Below, piece by piece: positions 1-9,813 of a stretch of DNA of 64,000 bases (its first letter is position 1; the number at the start of each line of letters is the position of its first letter). The notes beneath the pieces are model-generated. The model did no database searches, was not told where the DNA came from, and worked only from the letters and a program-made list of their open reading frames with translations. This DNA comes from Nitrosomonadaceae bacterium (GTDB taxonomy: Bacteria; Pseudomonadota; Gammaproteobacteria; Burkholderiales; Nitrosomonadaceae), in NCBI GenBank assembly GCA_919902515.1, contig CAKKRD010000040.1, positions 5,861-69,860 on the forward strand. Direction: 5' to 3'. A program made the translations under genes and the position numbers.

Positions 1-260
1 ACCTGCGCGCGCGCATCCATGTGTTGCAGGCCGCAGCCGCCGCACACGCCGAAGTATCTGCACTGCGGAGTCACGCGTGCCGATCCCGGCTTGAGTATCT
101 TCCCCACCTGCGCCAGTTCGAAATTTGACTTCTTGCGGTACGGGCTATAGGTGACTACTTCGCCCGGCAGCGCGCCTTCAATGAAGATGACCTTGCCTTC
201 GGCGTGAGCAACGCCGCGGCCTTCCTGATCCAGAGATTCGATGGTGACGGGAGCGATCAT
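1..260 (-). CDS. rlmD: 23S rRNA (uracil-C5)-methyltransferase RlmD, N-terminal part (runs off left edge)
   Basis: Not in the ORF track. Minus-strand translation from the ATG (complement of 258-260) gives MIAPVTIESLDQEGRGVAHAEGKVIFIEGALPGEVVTYSPYRKKSNFELAQVGKILKPGSARVTPQCRYFGVCGGCGLQHMDARAQ. This is a TRAM domain followed by the Cys cluster (C..CGGC) typical of RlmD/RumA. Confidence 0.7.
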   Translation of the reverse strand, partial: MIAPVTIESLDQEGRGVAHAEGKVIFIEGALPGEVVTYSPYRKKSNFELAQVGKILKPGSARVTPQCRYFGVCGGCGLQHMDARAQ

Positions 261-313
261 CTTGTGCCAGGCGGGGATAGCGGCAATCGAGAGGGGCGGG
301 CGAACTCGCCCGT

Positions 314-1087
314 TTACTGCCACTGACCGAGAAATTCCTGCCAGTGGGGTTCAGCAGATTTGCCCAGGGTGGCGCGTACCAGCTCGCATTCGTGTTGATA
401 TTGTTCATTGCTCAATACGCCGCGCATCAACTGGAAGCGCAAATACACCAGGTAGGTGTTCACCACATCGGTTTCGCAATAGTTGCGGATGGCGGCGATC
501 TCGCCGTTCTGGTACGCGCCCCACACCTGTGAACCATCCATGCCCAACTTGCCGGGCAAACCCATCAGCCGGGCCAGATCATTCAGCGGCGCATTGGCGC
601 GCGGCTGATACAGCGCCAGCAAGTCCATCAAATCCAGATGGCGCGTATGGTAGCGGCTGAGATAATTATTCCACTTGAATTCCCGGTCATCCTCGCCCAT
701 TTCCCAGTAACGGCGCGCCTGGATGCCGTGCACCAGGCTGCGGTAATGCAGCACCGGCAGATCGAAGCCGCCGCCATTCCATGAAACCAGTTGCGGGGTG
801 TATTTGTCGATGCCTTCAAAAAAGCGCCGGATCAGTTCCGCTTCGGTATCTTCCGCAGCTCCCAGCGACCAGACGCGGAAATCGTTTTTGTCGCGCAGTG
901 CGCACGAAATTGCCACCACCCTGTGCAGGTGCAGCGGTAAAAAATCGCTGCCAGTGGCCTGGCGGCGCGACTGAAACGCCATCTCGGCTACGTCGGCCGC
1001 GGCCAACTCCGCTCCCAGATCATTAAGCTTGCGCAGCCCCTCGATATCGGGCACGGTCTCGATGTCGAACACCAGCACTGGTGTCAT
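314..1087 (-). CDS. predicted 3'-5' exonuclease related to the PolB exonuclease domain
   Basis: ORF 314..1198 trimmed to the internal ATG (MTPVLVFDIETVPD...), which avoids overlap with cysM. The DIET motif and WNGGGFDLPVL are typical of the DnaQ-like / PolB-exo2 family. Confidence 0.7.
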   Translation of the reverse strand: MTPVLVFDIETVPDIEGLRKLNDLGAELAAADVAEMAFQSRRQATGSDFLPLHLHRVVAISCALRDKNDFRVWSLGAAEDTEAELIRRFFEGIDKYTPQLVSWNGGGFDLPVLHYRSLVHGIQARRYWEMGEDDREFKWNNYLSRYHTRHLDLMDLLALYQPRANAPLNDLARLMGLPGKLGMDGSQVWGAYQNGEIAAIRNYCETDVVNTYLVYLRFQLMRGVLSNEQYQHECELVRATLGKSAEPHWQEFLGQWQ

Positions 1088-1157
1088 GCACTTTTCTCCA
1101 ATTGCGTCTGCAGATGAATCTGCAGTGCTGTTTGCCGGCGCATGCGTTCTGCCGTGT

Positions 1158-2045
1158 TCACGCGGAAAAAACTCCGGTAGATAAATAACGGTCGCCACGG
1201 TCGCAGACGATAAAAACGATTACCGCATTTTCGACTTCGGCGGAAATCTTGAGCGCCATCGCCAGTGCGCCGCCGGATGAAATACCAGCAAATATCCCCT
1301 CCTCGCGCGCCAGCCGCCGGGTCAAATCCTCGGCTTCGGTCTGCGACACCAGCATGATGCGATCCACCCGCCGCTCATCGTATATTTTTGGCAGGTAGGC
1401 TTGCGGCCACTTGCGGATACCGGGAATCTGGGCGCCCTCCTCCGGTTGCACGCCGATGATCTGGATCGCGGGATTTTTTTCCTTGAAATATCTGCCGCAA
1501 CCCATGATGGTACCGGTGGTACCCATGCTGCTGACAAAATGGCTGATCTGCCCATCAGTATCGCGCCAGATCTCGGGTGCAGTTCCTGCGTAATGCGCCA
1601 GCGGATTATCCGGATTGGCAAACTGATCCAGGATGATGCCGCGCCCCTCGTCGCGCATGCGCTCCGCCACATCGCGCGCCTGCTCCATGCTGCCTTGTTT
1701 TGGGGTCAGCACGATTTCTGCACCGAATGCGCTCATCGATTGCCGCCGTTCGATGCTGAGATGCTCCGGCATCACCAGCACCATGCGATAACCCATCACC
1801 GCCGCTGCCATCGCCAGGGCGATGCCGGTGTTGCCGCTGGTGGCTTCGATCAGCGTGTCCCCCGGCTTGATCTCGCCGCGCGCCTGCGCGCGTGAAATCA
1901 TCGACAGCGCCGGACGATCCTTCACCGATCCGGCCGGGTTGTTGCCTTCCAGCTTGGCGAGAATAACGTTGCCGGTTTTCCCCGGCAAGCGCTTGAGCCT
2001 TACCAGCGGGGTATTGCCGACAAAGTCTTCGATAGTCTTGAACAT
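1158..2045 (-). CDS. cysM: cysteine synthase B (O-acetylserine sulfhydrylase)
   Basis: MFKTIEDFVGNTPLVRLKRL...NPAGSVKDRPA...[10 protein letters not shown] are PLP-dependent CysM/CysK family motifs. Start moved to the ATG at 2045. Confidence 0.9.
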   Translation of the reverse strand: MFKTIEDFVGNTPLVRLKRLPGKTGNVILAKLEGNNPAGSVKDRPALSMISRAQARGEIKPGDTLIEATSGNTGIALAMAAAVMGYRMVLVMPEHLSIERRQSMSAFGAEIVLTPKQGSMEQARDVAERMRDEGRGIILDQFANPDNPLAHYAGTAPEIWRDTDGQISHFVSSMGTTGTIMGCGRYFKEKNPAIQIIGVQPEEGAQIPGIRKWPQAYLPKIYDERRVDRIMLVSQTEAEDLTRRLAREEGIFAGISSGGALAMALKISAEVENAVIVFIVCDRGDRYLSTGVFSA

Positions 2046-2128
2046 AGTGATGCAATTCATTAAAGGTGGTGGCGAATTATCGCACATGCGCTCTGGATTG
2101 AAATGCCGCCGATACCGCGATCAGCCAC

Positions 2129-2151
2129 AAAAAACCCCGGATCAGCCGGGG
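2129..2151 (-). terminator. rho-independent terminator downstream of comEA
   Basis: The minus strand reads CCCCGG-CUGAU-CCGGGG followed by UUUUUU. The stem is 2135-2140/2146-2151 and the A-run on the plus strand is 2129-2134. Confidence 0.7.
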
Positions 2152-2180
2152 TAGTGAATCTCAAACATGACTGCACGAAA

Positions 2181-2543
2181 TTACTTGGCAGCGGGTTTTT
2201 TCTCCTGCTTGGCTGCTGGCTTGTCTTCTTTCTTGCCTGGTTTGTCCTCTGGCTTGGCAGCGGGCTTATCCTGCTTGCTGACCGTGCTGGCACCGCTGAC
2301 CATAGCATCCTGACGCAACTGCTTGATGATGCCGGGACCAATGCCTTCGACTTTCTCCAGATCATCGACTGATTTGAACGCACCATTTTTGTTGCGATAC
2401 TCGATGATCGCCTTGGCCTTGCCGGGACCGATGCCTTGCAGAGTTTCAAGCTCGGCCTGGGTGGCGGTATTGATGTTGACGCCTGCGTGGACGGCAGTGG
2501 CCAACGCGAACAGTGTGACGATGAGCAATAACAGTTTTTTCAT
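2181..2543 (-). CDS. comEA: ComEA-like helix-hairpin-helix DNA-binding protein with signal peptide and Lys/Pro/Ala-rich tail
   Basis: MKKLLLLIVTLFALATAVHA signal peptide, then GVNINTATQAELETLQGIGPGKAKAIIEYR...VEGIGPGI (two HhH motifs). GGAGGA lies upstream of the ATG at 2543. Confidence 0.8.
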   Translation of the reverse strand: MKKLLLLIVTLFALATAVHAGVNINTATQAELETLQGIGPGKAKAIIEYRNKNGAFKSVDDLEKVEGIGPGIIKQLRQDAMVSGASTVSKQDKPAAKPEDKPGKKEDKPAAKQEKKPAAK

Positions 2544-2813
2544 GATCTCTCCTCCAGGTTGAATGTAAGCGATGGAAAAACAAAGTTTGCTGTTACCCGA
2601 CAGTTGCAAGGCGTCATTCGCCGCATGCAGCATTTACTGGGAATGTCCCACCTGGTCTGTCGTTTTCAGTGTAGTTGAGGTCGTGAAACTTGCTCGGTCT
2701 TATTCGCACACCGACCATTAATCGAGAGGCACAGAAGTTCCCGCTCCACTACAGCAGCAACAAGATAGACAAGAAGGAGAATTCTGTGGGGGCTTCGCCC
2801 CAAGGGAAAAAGA

Positions 2814-3518
2814 TCAGCCTGCGGCTAACCCTGTTGCGATTTCAGCATGCAACCGCTGCAACATCCCCAGCGGGTCGATCGCCTGCATGATGGGTCTGCC
2901 TATCACCAGGTAATCCGCGCCGTTTGCCATTGCCTGGCGCGGCGTTGTCACCCGCTGCTGGTCGTCCACGGAAACATCCAGCGGACGGATTCCAGGCGTG
3001 ACCAGACAGAAATCTTTTCCCATCATCTGTCTGAGCCGTGCGGTCTCCAGCGCAGAGCACACGACGCCGTCCAGTCCGCACGCACCGGCCAACCCGGCCA
3101 GCCGCTGCACCACGGCTTCCGGCTCGCCGCTCAGGCCGATATCGGCCAGATCATCCCGTCCCATGCTGGTGAGCAGGGTCACGGCGATCAGCCGGGTTTT
3201 CCCCGGCGGCAACGCCTTGCGCGCGGCAGAGAGCATTTTTCTTCCGCCGAGCGCATGCACGTTCACCATCCATACGCCCAAACCTGCCGCTGCCTTGCAT
3301 GCACCTGCCACGGTGTTGGGAATATCGTGAAATTTCAAATCGAGAAAAACTTCAAAACCCTTGCGCATCAACTGTTCCACCAACTGCGGCCCGGCAGCGG
3401 TGAACAGCTCCTTGCCTACTTTCACCCGGCAGAGCTGCGGGTCAAGCTGCGCTGCGAGCGCCAGCGCCGGTTCTGCGCCGGGAAAATCGAGTGCGACGAT
3501 AATGCGTGGATCGTTCAT
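2814..3518 (-). CDS. pyrF: orotidine 5'-phosphate decarboxylase
   Basis: [12 protein letters not shown]...[13 protein letters not shown]...VNVHA are classic PyrF motifs. The ORF is open further upstream (to 3671), but that extension lies inside the MITE-like element. Confidence 0.9.
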   Translation of the reverse strand: MNDPRIIVALDFPGAEPALALAAQLDPQLCRVKVGKELFTAAGPQLVEQLMRKGFEVFLDLKFHDIPNTVAGACKAAAGLGVWMVNVHALGGRKMLSAARKALPPGKTRLIAVTLLTSMGRDDLADIGLSGEPEAVVQRLAGLAGACGLDGVVCSALETARLRQMMGKDFCLVTPGIRPLDVSVDDQQRVTTPRQAMANGADYLVIGRPIMQAIDPLGMLQRLHAEIATGLAAG

Positions 3519-3759
3519 CCTAAATCCGGCAGTTGGACAGGGTAGAGTGTGCGGTTTTTGGTGTGCAGGGCAAGGCGCAACGACGCGGAATGGCCATTCC
3601 ATTCCAAGGAGTTGCAACGCAGCCATGTGCTGCAAAAATCGTGCAATCTGCCCGGTAGCGAACTCACCCAAAAGATGAAGATCAGGCGCTGCAAAAAGGT
3701 ACTATGAATCATGCTGTTAAACTGAAAAATGAGTGATCAACTGCCGGATTTAGGTTCAT
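3514..3759. mobile_element. MITE-like element: 236 bp bounded by perfect 17-bp inverted repeats and flanked by a 5-bp direct repeat
   Basis: CCTAAATCCGGCAGTTG at 3519-3535 is the exact reverse complement of CAACTGCCGGATTTAGG at 3738-3754. TTCAT lies immediately outside both ends (3514-3518 and 3755-3759). No credible ORF lies inside. An internal 14-bp palindrome GGAATGGCCATTCC sits at 3587-3600. Confidence 0.55.
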
Positions 3760-3772
3760 GCGGTCGGCGGCC

Positions 3773-4060
3773 TTACTTCAACCTGTCGTCCACAGCGACG
3801 GGAGGCTCATGCTCGTTCGTGGCTGGATACTTTTTTTTCAATGCGGCAATTTCGCGTCTTTGCCTGAATATTTTACCCAGACATGCCAGCACGCCTATCG
3901 CCACCCCCAGAGTGAAGAAGACCAGCAATATCAGCATCAACGGCGCTTGCCACTCATAACCGAAAAAATATTGCAGTCTCACCGTATCGGCGTTCTTCAC
4001 GGCGAAACCGAGCAGCAACATAAACAATACGATGCGCACGAACCATGTCAGATAATGCAT
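3773..4060 (-). CDS. lapA: lipopolysaccharide assembly protein LapA (YciS/DUF1049), small inner-membrane protein
   Basis: 95 aa with two hydrophobic helices, MHYLTWFVRIVLFMLLLGFAVKNADTVRLQYFFGYEW..., in the conserved position downstream of ihfB. Confidence 0.7.
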   Translation of the reverse strand: MHYLTWFVRIVLFMLLLGFAVKNADTVRLQYFFGYEWQAPLMLILLVFFTLGVAIGVLACLGKIFRQRREIAALKKKYPATNEHEPPVAVDDRLK

Positions 4061-4081
4061 GATTCACCCTAATCCAAGGTC

Positions 4082-4116
4082 AAAAAAAAGGCAGCGAGAT
4101 CTTGCGACCTGCTGCC
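4082..4116 (-). terminator. rho-independent terminator between ihfB and lapA
   Basis: The minus strand reads GGCAGCAGGUC-GCAA-GAUCUCGCUGCC, an 11-bp stem with one bulge and a GNRA loop, followed by eight U. Confidence 0.7.
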
Positions 4117-4147
4117 ATTATATTCGTCTTTTTGTCTGCGATTCGTT

Positions 4148-4432
4148 TCAGTTCTTATGATCTACTCGCTCGCGCAATTCTTTGCCAGCCTTGAAATGGG
4201 GTACATATTTTTCTGGCACCCGCACTTTTTCTCCTGACTTCGGATTGCGTCCCACACGCGGCGGACGGTAGTTCAGGTCGAAACTGCCAAACCCGCGGAT
4301 TTCAATACGCTCTCCCTGCAGCAGGCTTCTGGCCATGGCATCGAGTATCATTTTCACCGCCAGTTCGGCATCCTTCGCTACCAGCTGCGGATAACGCGCT
4401 GCAAGCCTGGAGATCAATTCAGACTTCGTCAT
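4148..4432 (-). CDS. ihfB: integration host factor subunit beta
   Basis: [11 protein letters not shown]...IEIRGFGSF...RVGRNPKTGE-like motif (RNPKSGEKV). AGAGGA lies 5 nt upstream of the second ATG (4432). Confidence 0.9.
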   Translation of the reverse strand: MTKSELISRLAARYPQLVAKDAELAVKMILDAMARSLLQGERIEIRGFGSFDLNYRPPRVGRNPKSGEKVRVPEKYVPHFKAGKELRERVDHKN

Positions 4433-4441
4433 GAGCATCCT

Positions 4442-6157
4442 CTATTGTTCAGTATTTTTAACGTCCATCTTGGCTTTGAGCAGCGCGCCCAGGCTGGTGG
4501 TTCCAGAGCTGGGTGGGCTTTCGGTCGTGACCTTCTGCATTGCGTCGGTTTCCTCCGACATGTCTTTGGCCTTGATGGAAAGATTGATGCTGCGGTTCTT
4601 GCGATCAACGTTGATGATCATCGCCTCAACCGTATCGCCTTCCTTCAAGTGAGTGCGAATATCCTCGACCCGGTCGCGCGATACTTCGGATGCGCGCAGA
4701 TAACCTTCCACATCGTTGTCCAGCGCAATCACCGCACCCTTGGCATCCAGCGATTTTACTGTGCCCTTGACGATGCTGTTCTTGTCGTTGACCGCAACAA
4801 AGCTGTTGAATGGGTCCCCTTCCAGTTGCTTGATACCCAGCGAAATTCGTTCGCGCTCAACATCAATGGACAGAACCATCGCTTCCATTTCGTCGCCTTT
4901 CTTGTAATTACGCACCGCTTCCTCGCCCGGCTGATTCCAGGAAAGATCAGATAGGTGTACCAGCCCGTCTATGCCGCCCAGCAGCCCGATAAATACGCCA
5001 AAATCGGTAATGGATTTGATCTGCCCCTGCACCTTGTCGCCCTTTTTGTGGTTGATGGCGAAATCTTCCCATGGATTCGGTTTGCACTGCTTCATGCCCA
5101 GCGAAATACGGCGGCGCTCTTCATCAATCTCCAGAATCATCACTTCCACTTCGTCGCCCAGTTGCACCATCTTGGAAGGATACATATTCTTGTTGGTCCA
5201 ATCCATTTCGGATACATGCACCAATCCTTCTATGCCCTGCTCGATTTCAACGAATGCGCCGTAATCGGTCAGATTGCTGACCTTGCCAAACAAACGGGTA
5301 CCTTGTGGATAGCGCCGGGAGAGACCCACCCATGGATCTTCGCTCAGTTGTTTCATCCCCAGCGAGACGCGGTTTTTTTCCTGATCGAATTTGAGCACTT
5401 TGGCGGTGACTTCATCGCCGACGTTGATCACTTCGGAAGGGTGCTTTACCCGCCGCCAGGCGAGATCGGTAATATGCAGCAGGCCGTCTATCCCGCCCAG
5501 GTCAACGAACGCACCGTAATCGGTGATGTTCTTGACGATGCCCTTGACCACTGCCCCTTCCTGCAAGTTTGCCAGTAACGACTGGCGATCTGCGCCCTGG
5601 CTTGCTTCCAGCACTGCGCGGCGTGACACCACTACATTGTTGCGCTTGCGGTCAAGCTTGATAACCTTGAATTCCATTTCCTTGTTTTCGTACGGCGTGG
5701 TGTCCTTGACCGGACGGATATCCACCAGCGAACCGGGCAGGAAGGCGCGAATACCGTTAATCATTGCGGTCAGTCCGCCCTTGACCTTGCCATTCACCAT
5801 GCCGCTTACGATAGCACCGGTTTCCATGGCTTTCTCCAGATCGTGCCATGCAGTCAGGCGCTTGGCCTTGTCGCGCGACAAACGGGTTTCGCCGTAACCA
5901 TCTTCCAGGGCTTCGATCGCGACGGTGACGAAATCACCGGGCTTGACCTCGATTTCGCCTTTGTCATTCTTGAATTCTTCAACGGGGATAAAACTTTCGG
6001 ATTTGAGTCCCGCGTTCACGACTACGATGTTGTAGTCAACACGCACAACTTCGGCGGTAATTACTTCGCCAATGCGCATTTCCTGGCGCGTGAGACTTTC
6101 TTCAAACAGTGCGGCAAAACTTTCTGGGGAACTGGTTGCGGGGGAAGCGGTCGTCAT
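4442..6157 (-). CDS. rpsA: 30S ribosomal protein S1
   Basis: Six S1 repeats (e.g. [31 protein letters not shown]). Start set to MTTASPATS... at 6157. Confidence 0.95.
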   Translation of the reverse strand: MTTASPATSSPESFAALFEESLTRQEMRIGEVITAEVVRVDYNIVVVNAGLKSESFIPVEEFKNDKGEIEVKPGDFVTVAIEALEDGYGETRLSRDKAKRLTAWHDLEKAMETGAIVSGMVNGKVKGGLTAMINGIRAFLPGSLVDIRPVKDTTPYENKEMEFKVIKLDRKRNNVVVSRRAVLEASQGADRQSLLANLQEGAVVKGIVKNITDYGAFVDLGGIDGLLHITDLAWRRVKHPSEVINVGDEVTAKVLKFDQEKNRVSLGMKQLSEDPWVGLSRRYPQGTRLFGKVSNLTDYGAFVEIEQGIEGLVHVSEMDWTNKNMYPSKMVQLGDEVEVMILEIDEERRRISLGMKQCKPNPWEDFAINHKKGDKVQGQIKSITDFGVFIGLLGGIDGLVHLSDLSWNQPGEEAVRNYKKGDEMEAMVLSIDVERERISLGIKQLEGDPFNSFVAVNDKNSIVKGTVKSLDAKGAVIALDNDVEGYLRASEVSRDRVEDIRTHLKEGDTVEAMIINVDRKNRSINLSIKAKDMSEETDAMQKVTTESPPSSGTTSLGALLKAKMDVKNTEQ

Positions 6158-6292
6158 TGTAAAAAATACCTGGTTTGAAATCCCGCCCAAACAATCATCT
6201 GGCGGGGTTGGTTGGTTAATAAAATTGCCTGAATACGCGGCTGGCTTCGCTCCCTGCCTGTCGAACAGGGGCGCTGTGCAGCACCATGGTAA

Positions 6293-6970
6293 TCAAACAG
6301 CCTTTGCGCAGATTTCGGCGTACTGTCTCAATACCTCATCCACCGCCTGGGTGATGTTGAGCGAGGTCGTGTCCAGCAAGCTTGCATCTGCGCCCTGTTG
6401 CAAGGGTGCCACGCTGCGATTGCTATCGCGCGCGTCGCGCTCCCGGATATCCTGCAAAAGGGTGGAGATATTAGCATCGATCCCTTTCTCCATCAACTGT
6501 TTATAGCGCCGCTGCGCGCGTGTCTCGGCGCTGGCAGTAAGAAAAATCTTGAGGGCTGCGTCAGGAAACACCACCGAGCCCATGTCACGGCCATCCGCCA
6601 CCAGGCCGGGAAACTGGCGGAATGCCCGCTGACGCTGCAATAGCGCTGTTCTGACCTGGGGATAGGCGGCAATCCTGGAAGCCCCGTTGCTGCACGCCTC
6701 AGCACGGATGGCATCGGCGACATCCTCACCTTGCAGCTGGATCTTCGCACCGGCAAAAACGACAGCAAGATCTCTGGCGATGTCAGCCAGTGCGGTCTCG
6801 TCGGTCAGATCGACCTCTGCGCGCATGGCCGCGAGCGCTACCAGACGATAAAGCGCGCCGCTGTCGAGATAATGAAACCCCAGCTTTTCCGCCACCCGCT
6901 GTGCCACCGTACCCTTGCCGGAAGCGGAAGGGCCGTCAATCGCGATAACCGGAATATCATTCATGCTCAT
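6293..6970 (-). CDS. cmk: cytidylate kinase
   Basis: [18 protein letters not shown]-loop and the conserved aroA-cmk-rpsA order. The exact start (6970 or 6964) is uncertain. Confidence 0.9.
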   Translation of the reverse strand: MSMNDIPVIAIDGPSASGKGTVAQRVAEKLGFHYLDSGALYRLVALAAMRAEVDLTDETALADIARDLAVVFAGAKIQLQGEDVADAIRAEACSNGASRIAAYPQVRTALLQRQRAFRQFPGLVADGRDMGSVVFPDAALKIFLTASAETRAQRRYKQLMEKGIDANISTLLQDIRERDARDSNRSVAPLQQGADASLLDTTSLNITQAVDEVLRQYAEICAKAV

Positions 6971-7003
6971 AGAAAATCTCAATAAATACCTATGGTTAAG
7001 AGC

Positions 7004-8317
7004 TCAGCTCCGGGCTATTGCCGCAAATTTCTCGAAATAATCAGGAAAAGTCTTGGCCACACAATCCGGATCGTTGATGCGCACCGGCGTACCCAAAGAT
7101 GCCAGTGAGAAACACATGGCCATGCGGTGATCGTCGTAAGTATCAATCGCCGCATGCGCGACAAGCTGTGCCGCCGGCGGCGTGATGCGCAGAAAATCCG
7201 CCCCTTCTTCCACCGTCGCGCCCAGTTTGCGCAGTTCCTTGGCCATCGCCGCAAGCCGGTCGGTTTCCTTCACCCGCCAACTGGCGATATTGCGCAGCAC
7301 GGTAATGCCGTCGGCAAACAAGGCCACCACCGCCAGCGTCATGGCAGCATCGGGGATATGATTGCAGTCAATATCTATTGCCCGGAGCCGCCCTGATTGC
7401 GGTGCACGCGCCTCGATCCAGTTATCTCCCAGGGTGATGCCTGCCCCCATTTTTTCCAGCGCTTCAGCAAAATGCACATCGCCCTGCAGACTGCCCCGGC
7501 CCACTCCTTCCACCCGCACCGGGCCGCCGCCGATGGTACCGGCAGCAAGAAAATAGGAAGCAGAAGAGGCATCTCCTTCGACAAATATTTCGCCAGGACT
7601 GCGGTAACGCTGCCCGCCGCGCAGGATGAAGCGTCGCCATTCCTCGTGCTCGACCTGCACGCCGAAACGCGCCATCAGGGCGATGGTCAGCTCGACATAA
7701 GGCCGTGAAATCAGCTCTCCCGTCACCGCTACCGTCAGCGTTTCATCAGCAACCGGCGCGGATAGGGGTGATGCCAGCAGCAAACCGGTCAGAAACTGGC
7801 TGGAAACGTTACTCTTCACTGTCACCATACCCGCATGTATGCGGGCAGGCTTTATTTCCAGCGGTGGAAAACCTTCATTGCCGAGATAGGTTATCTCTGC
7901 GCCCAGTTGCCGTAGCGCATCCACCAGATCGCCGATGGGGCGCTGATGCATGCGCGGCACGCCAGAAAGCCGGTAGTGCCCCTGCGCCAGCGCCAGAACG
8001 GCGGTGAGCGGACGAAAAGCCGTGCCGGCATTGCCCAGAAACAGATCTGCCTGAGTAATCGGAAAACGCAACGGAAATTGCCCGCCTACACCCTGCACCC
8101 GATAATCATTGTTGCCGGACTGAACGATAGACACCCCCAGAGCCTTAAGCGCGTCCAGCATCCGTGCCGTATCGTCGGAAGCAAGCAGGTCGCGTACCTG
8201 GGTGACACCTTCCGCCAGCGCGGCCAGCAACAGGATGCGATTGGAAATACTCTTGGAGCCAGGCAGACGCACCACGCCCTGGGCGGTGGTGACTGCGGGA
8301 AGATCAAGAAATTCCAT
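7004..8317 (-). CDS. aroA: 3-phosphoshikimate 1-carboxyvinyltransferase (EPSP synthase)
   Basis: [20 protein letters not shown] and [11 protein letters not shown] are EPSP synthase signatures. Start at MEFLDLPAV (8317). Confidence 0.95.
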   Translation of the reverse strand: MEFLDLPAVTTAQGVVRLPGSKSISNRILLLAALAEGVTQVRDLLASDDTARMLDALKALGVSIVQSGNNDYRVQGVGGQFPLRFPITQADLFLGNAGTAFRPLTAVLALAQGHYRLSGVPRMHQRPIGDLVDALRQLGAEITYLGNEGFPPLEIKPARIHAGMVTVKSNVSSQFLTGLLLASPLSAPVADETLTVAVTGELISRPYVELTIALMARFGVQVEHEEWRRFILRGGQRYRSPGEIFVEGDASSASYFLAAGTIGGGPVRVEGVGRGSLQGDVHFAEALEKMGAGITLGDNWIEARAPQSGRLRAIDIDCNHIPDAAMTLAVVALFADGITVLRNIASWRVKETDRLAAMAKELRKLGATVEEGADFLRITPPAAQLVAHAAIDTYDDHRMAMCFSLASLGTPVRINDPDCVAKTFPDYFEKFAAIARS

Positions 8318-8388
8318 TACGCTTGGCCCAGAAGTATCATGAGTTCGCACAATGATCGCGCCGGAATGTGCGAGGAGTGTATCAATTT

Positions 8389-9813
8389 TTATTTCGAGCC
8401 AAGCGACTTCATCAGATTATCCCTGAGCGAGCGCATCAGCAGCATCTCCTCTCGCTCGACCTGTACCGCTGTGCCTTTTATCCAGTCGCCATATAACAAA
8501 CCGATCGGGCAACCGTTCAGATTCATCGGCAACAGGATGAAAGCACCCACATCAGGCAGGGTTTCGGTAAGCCATGCCGGTATGCTTGCCGCCGACTTTG
8601 GCCCGGCGACATCTTCGATGAACACGTCTGCATTGTTGGCCAGCGACAAATGGAATACATCGGTCACATAGGCTTCGGGAAAAGACAGATTTTGCAGCAC
8701 TTCGGGCATCGCAGTCCCAAAACCCACCCTGCCCTTGAAGGCATCGCCATCACGCAGGAAAGCGGCCACGCGGTTGAAACCCATGCCGCCATACAAGGTT
8801 TCGAGCACCAGGTTTAAGGTATTGCCAAAATTTGCGCCTCTGGCCAGCGCATTAGTGGTCTCACGCACACCCGCGGCCAGTTGCTTGGTCGAATCGGTCG
8901 GCTTGCCATGCGGTGCGCTGACAGCCTCCAGAATGGAGGGTTCCTTGGCATCGCTGACGGCAAGATTAACTGACTCCAGTATGGTTTCGACCGGAACCAG
9001 CAAAGCATTGCCGTAACGCGAGGCGAGTTCCGTCAAACCCTTGCCAGTATCCTTCTTGGTCACCGTCGCCGCCGCCTCCCCGGCAAAGCTGGCCATCATT
9101 CTGAGCCATCCCGGAGATCCGGGAATACTGGTCTCAACAAATGAAGGCGGGCTCATCATGCTGTTGGCAATCTTTTTGGGCAACCGCCAGTTTTTGGCGA
9201 ACTCTTGTGAAATTTCGTCCAGCGTCACGCCGATGATTTCCAGTGCAGCCTCATTCTTTGACAGGGACTTGTTTGCAGAAATTTCCTCTATCCTGGACCA
9301 TTCTTCGGGGAAGTAAAACACCACAAGCAAACGGCCCAGATGATGCATAAGCGCGCAAACCACAGCCTCTTCGGTGTTGGCTATGTGGGCCTTCGTCGCA
9401 ATCTCTCTGGCAATGTCGCCAGCCAGCAGCGCCTGTGTCATCTCCGCGCGAGCCGCTGCAGAGTCCGGAGCGCTGGTAGAAAGCGTATCCACCAGCCGCA
9501 CGCTGAGTACAAGATACGAGATGGCATCAAGCCCGATAATCATTGCCGCCTTGCTGATGGTCGTTATTTCCCCGCCGATGGATGCATACATGGCGGAGTT
9601 GGCCAGCCGGATTACCTTTTGCGTCAAGGCGAAATCGCTCAATATGGTTCCGGTGATATCCGCGACACTGGTATTCTCGTCCCGTGCCGTTTCGGAAAAA
9701 TTCTGCACTGATTTTGACAGGGCGGGAAAATCTCCCTTTTCTTCCATGCGCTTGCGCAAGAGTGCAAAGAATCCGGGTTTCCCATTTTTAAGAGTCGATA
9801 TCAGTGTTGTCAT
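8389..9813 (-). CDS. HDOD domain protein with C-terminal GAF-like domain (signalling)
   Basis: The N-terminal part matches the HDOD pattern (FPALSKSV...[20 protein letters not shown]...[11 protein letters not shown]). The C-terminal part is GAF-like ([21 protein letters not shown]...[22 protein letters not shown]). Its ATG overlaps the stop of the upstream gene (ATGA at 9810-9813). Confidence 0.7.
   Translation of the reverse strand: MTTLISTLKNGKPGFFALLRKRMEEKGDFPALSKSVQNFSETARDENTSVADITGTILSDFALTQKVIRLANSAMYASIGGEITTISKAAMIIGLDAISYLVLSVRLVDTLSTSAPDSAAARAEMTQALLAGDIAREIATKAHIANTEEAVVCALMHHLGRLLVVFYFPEEWSRIEEISANKSLSKNEAALEIIGVTLDEISQEFAKNWRLPKKIANSMMSPPSFVETSIPGSPGWLRMMASFAGEAAATVTKKDTGKGLTELASRYGNALLVPVETILESVNLAVSDAKEPSILEAVSAPHGKPTDSTKQLAAGVRETTNALARGANFGNTLNLVLETLYGGMGFNRVAAFLRDGDAFKGRVGFGTAMPEVLQNLSFPEAYVTDVFHLSLANNADVFIEDVAGPKSAASIPAWLTETLPDVGAFILLPMNLNGCPIGLLYGDWIKGTAVQVEREEMLLMRSLRDNLMKSLGSK

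Noticed and set aside
314-2087. Long N-terminal extensions of track ORFs. Examples: 314..1198, 1158..2087, 2181..2633, 2814..3671, 19559..20179, 27464..27925, 60389..60970.
   Set aside because: The extensions overlap neighbouring genes or lack family similarity. Internal ATG codons preceded by Shine-Dalgarno-like sequences give proteins starting at the conserved N-termini.
2785-2813. Hairpin TGGGGGC-TTC-GCCCCA just downstream of the pyrF stop as a terminator.
   Set aside because: On the pyrF (minus) strand the stem is not followed by a U-tract. It might still be a weak or Rho-assisted stop, but the support is insufficient.
3515-3959. ORFs 3515..3712(-), 3729..3959(+) and 3758..4072(+).
   Set aside because: The first lies inside the MITE-like element. 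The other two are antisense to lapA. None has an RBS or a recognisable product.
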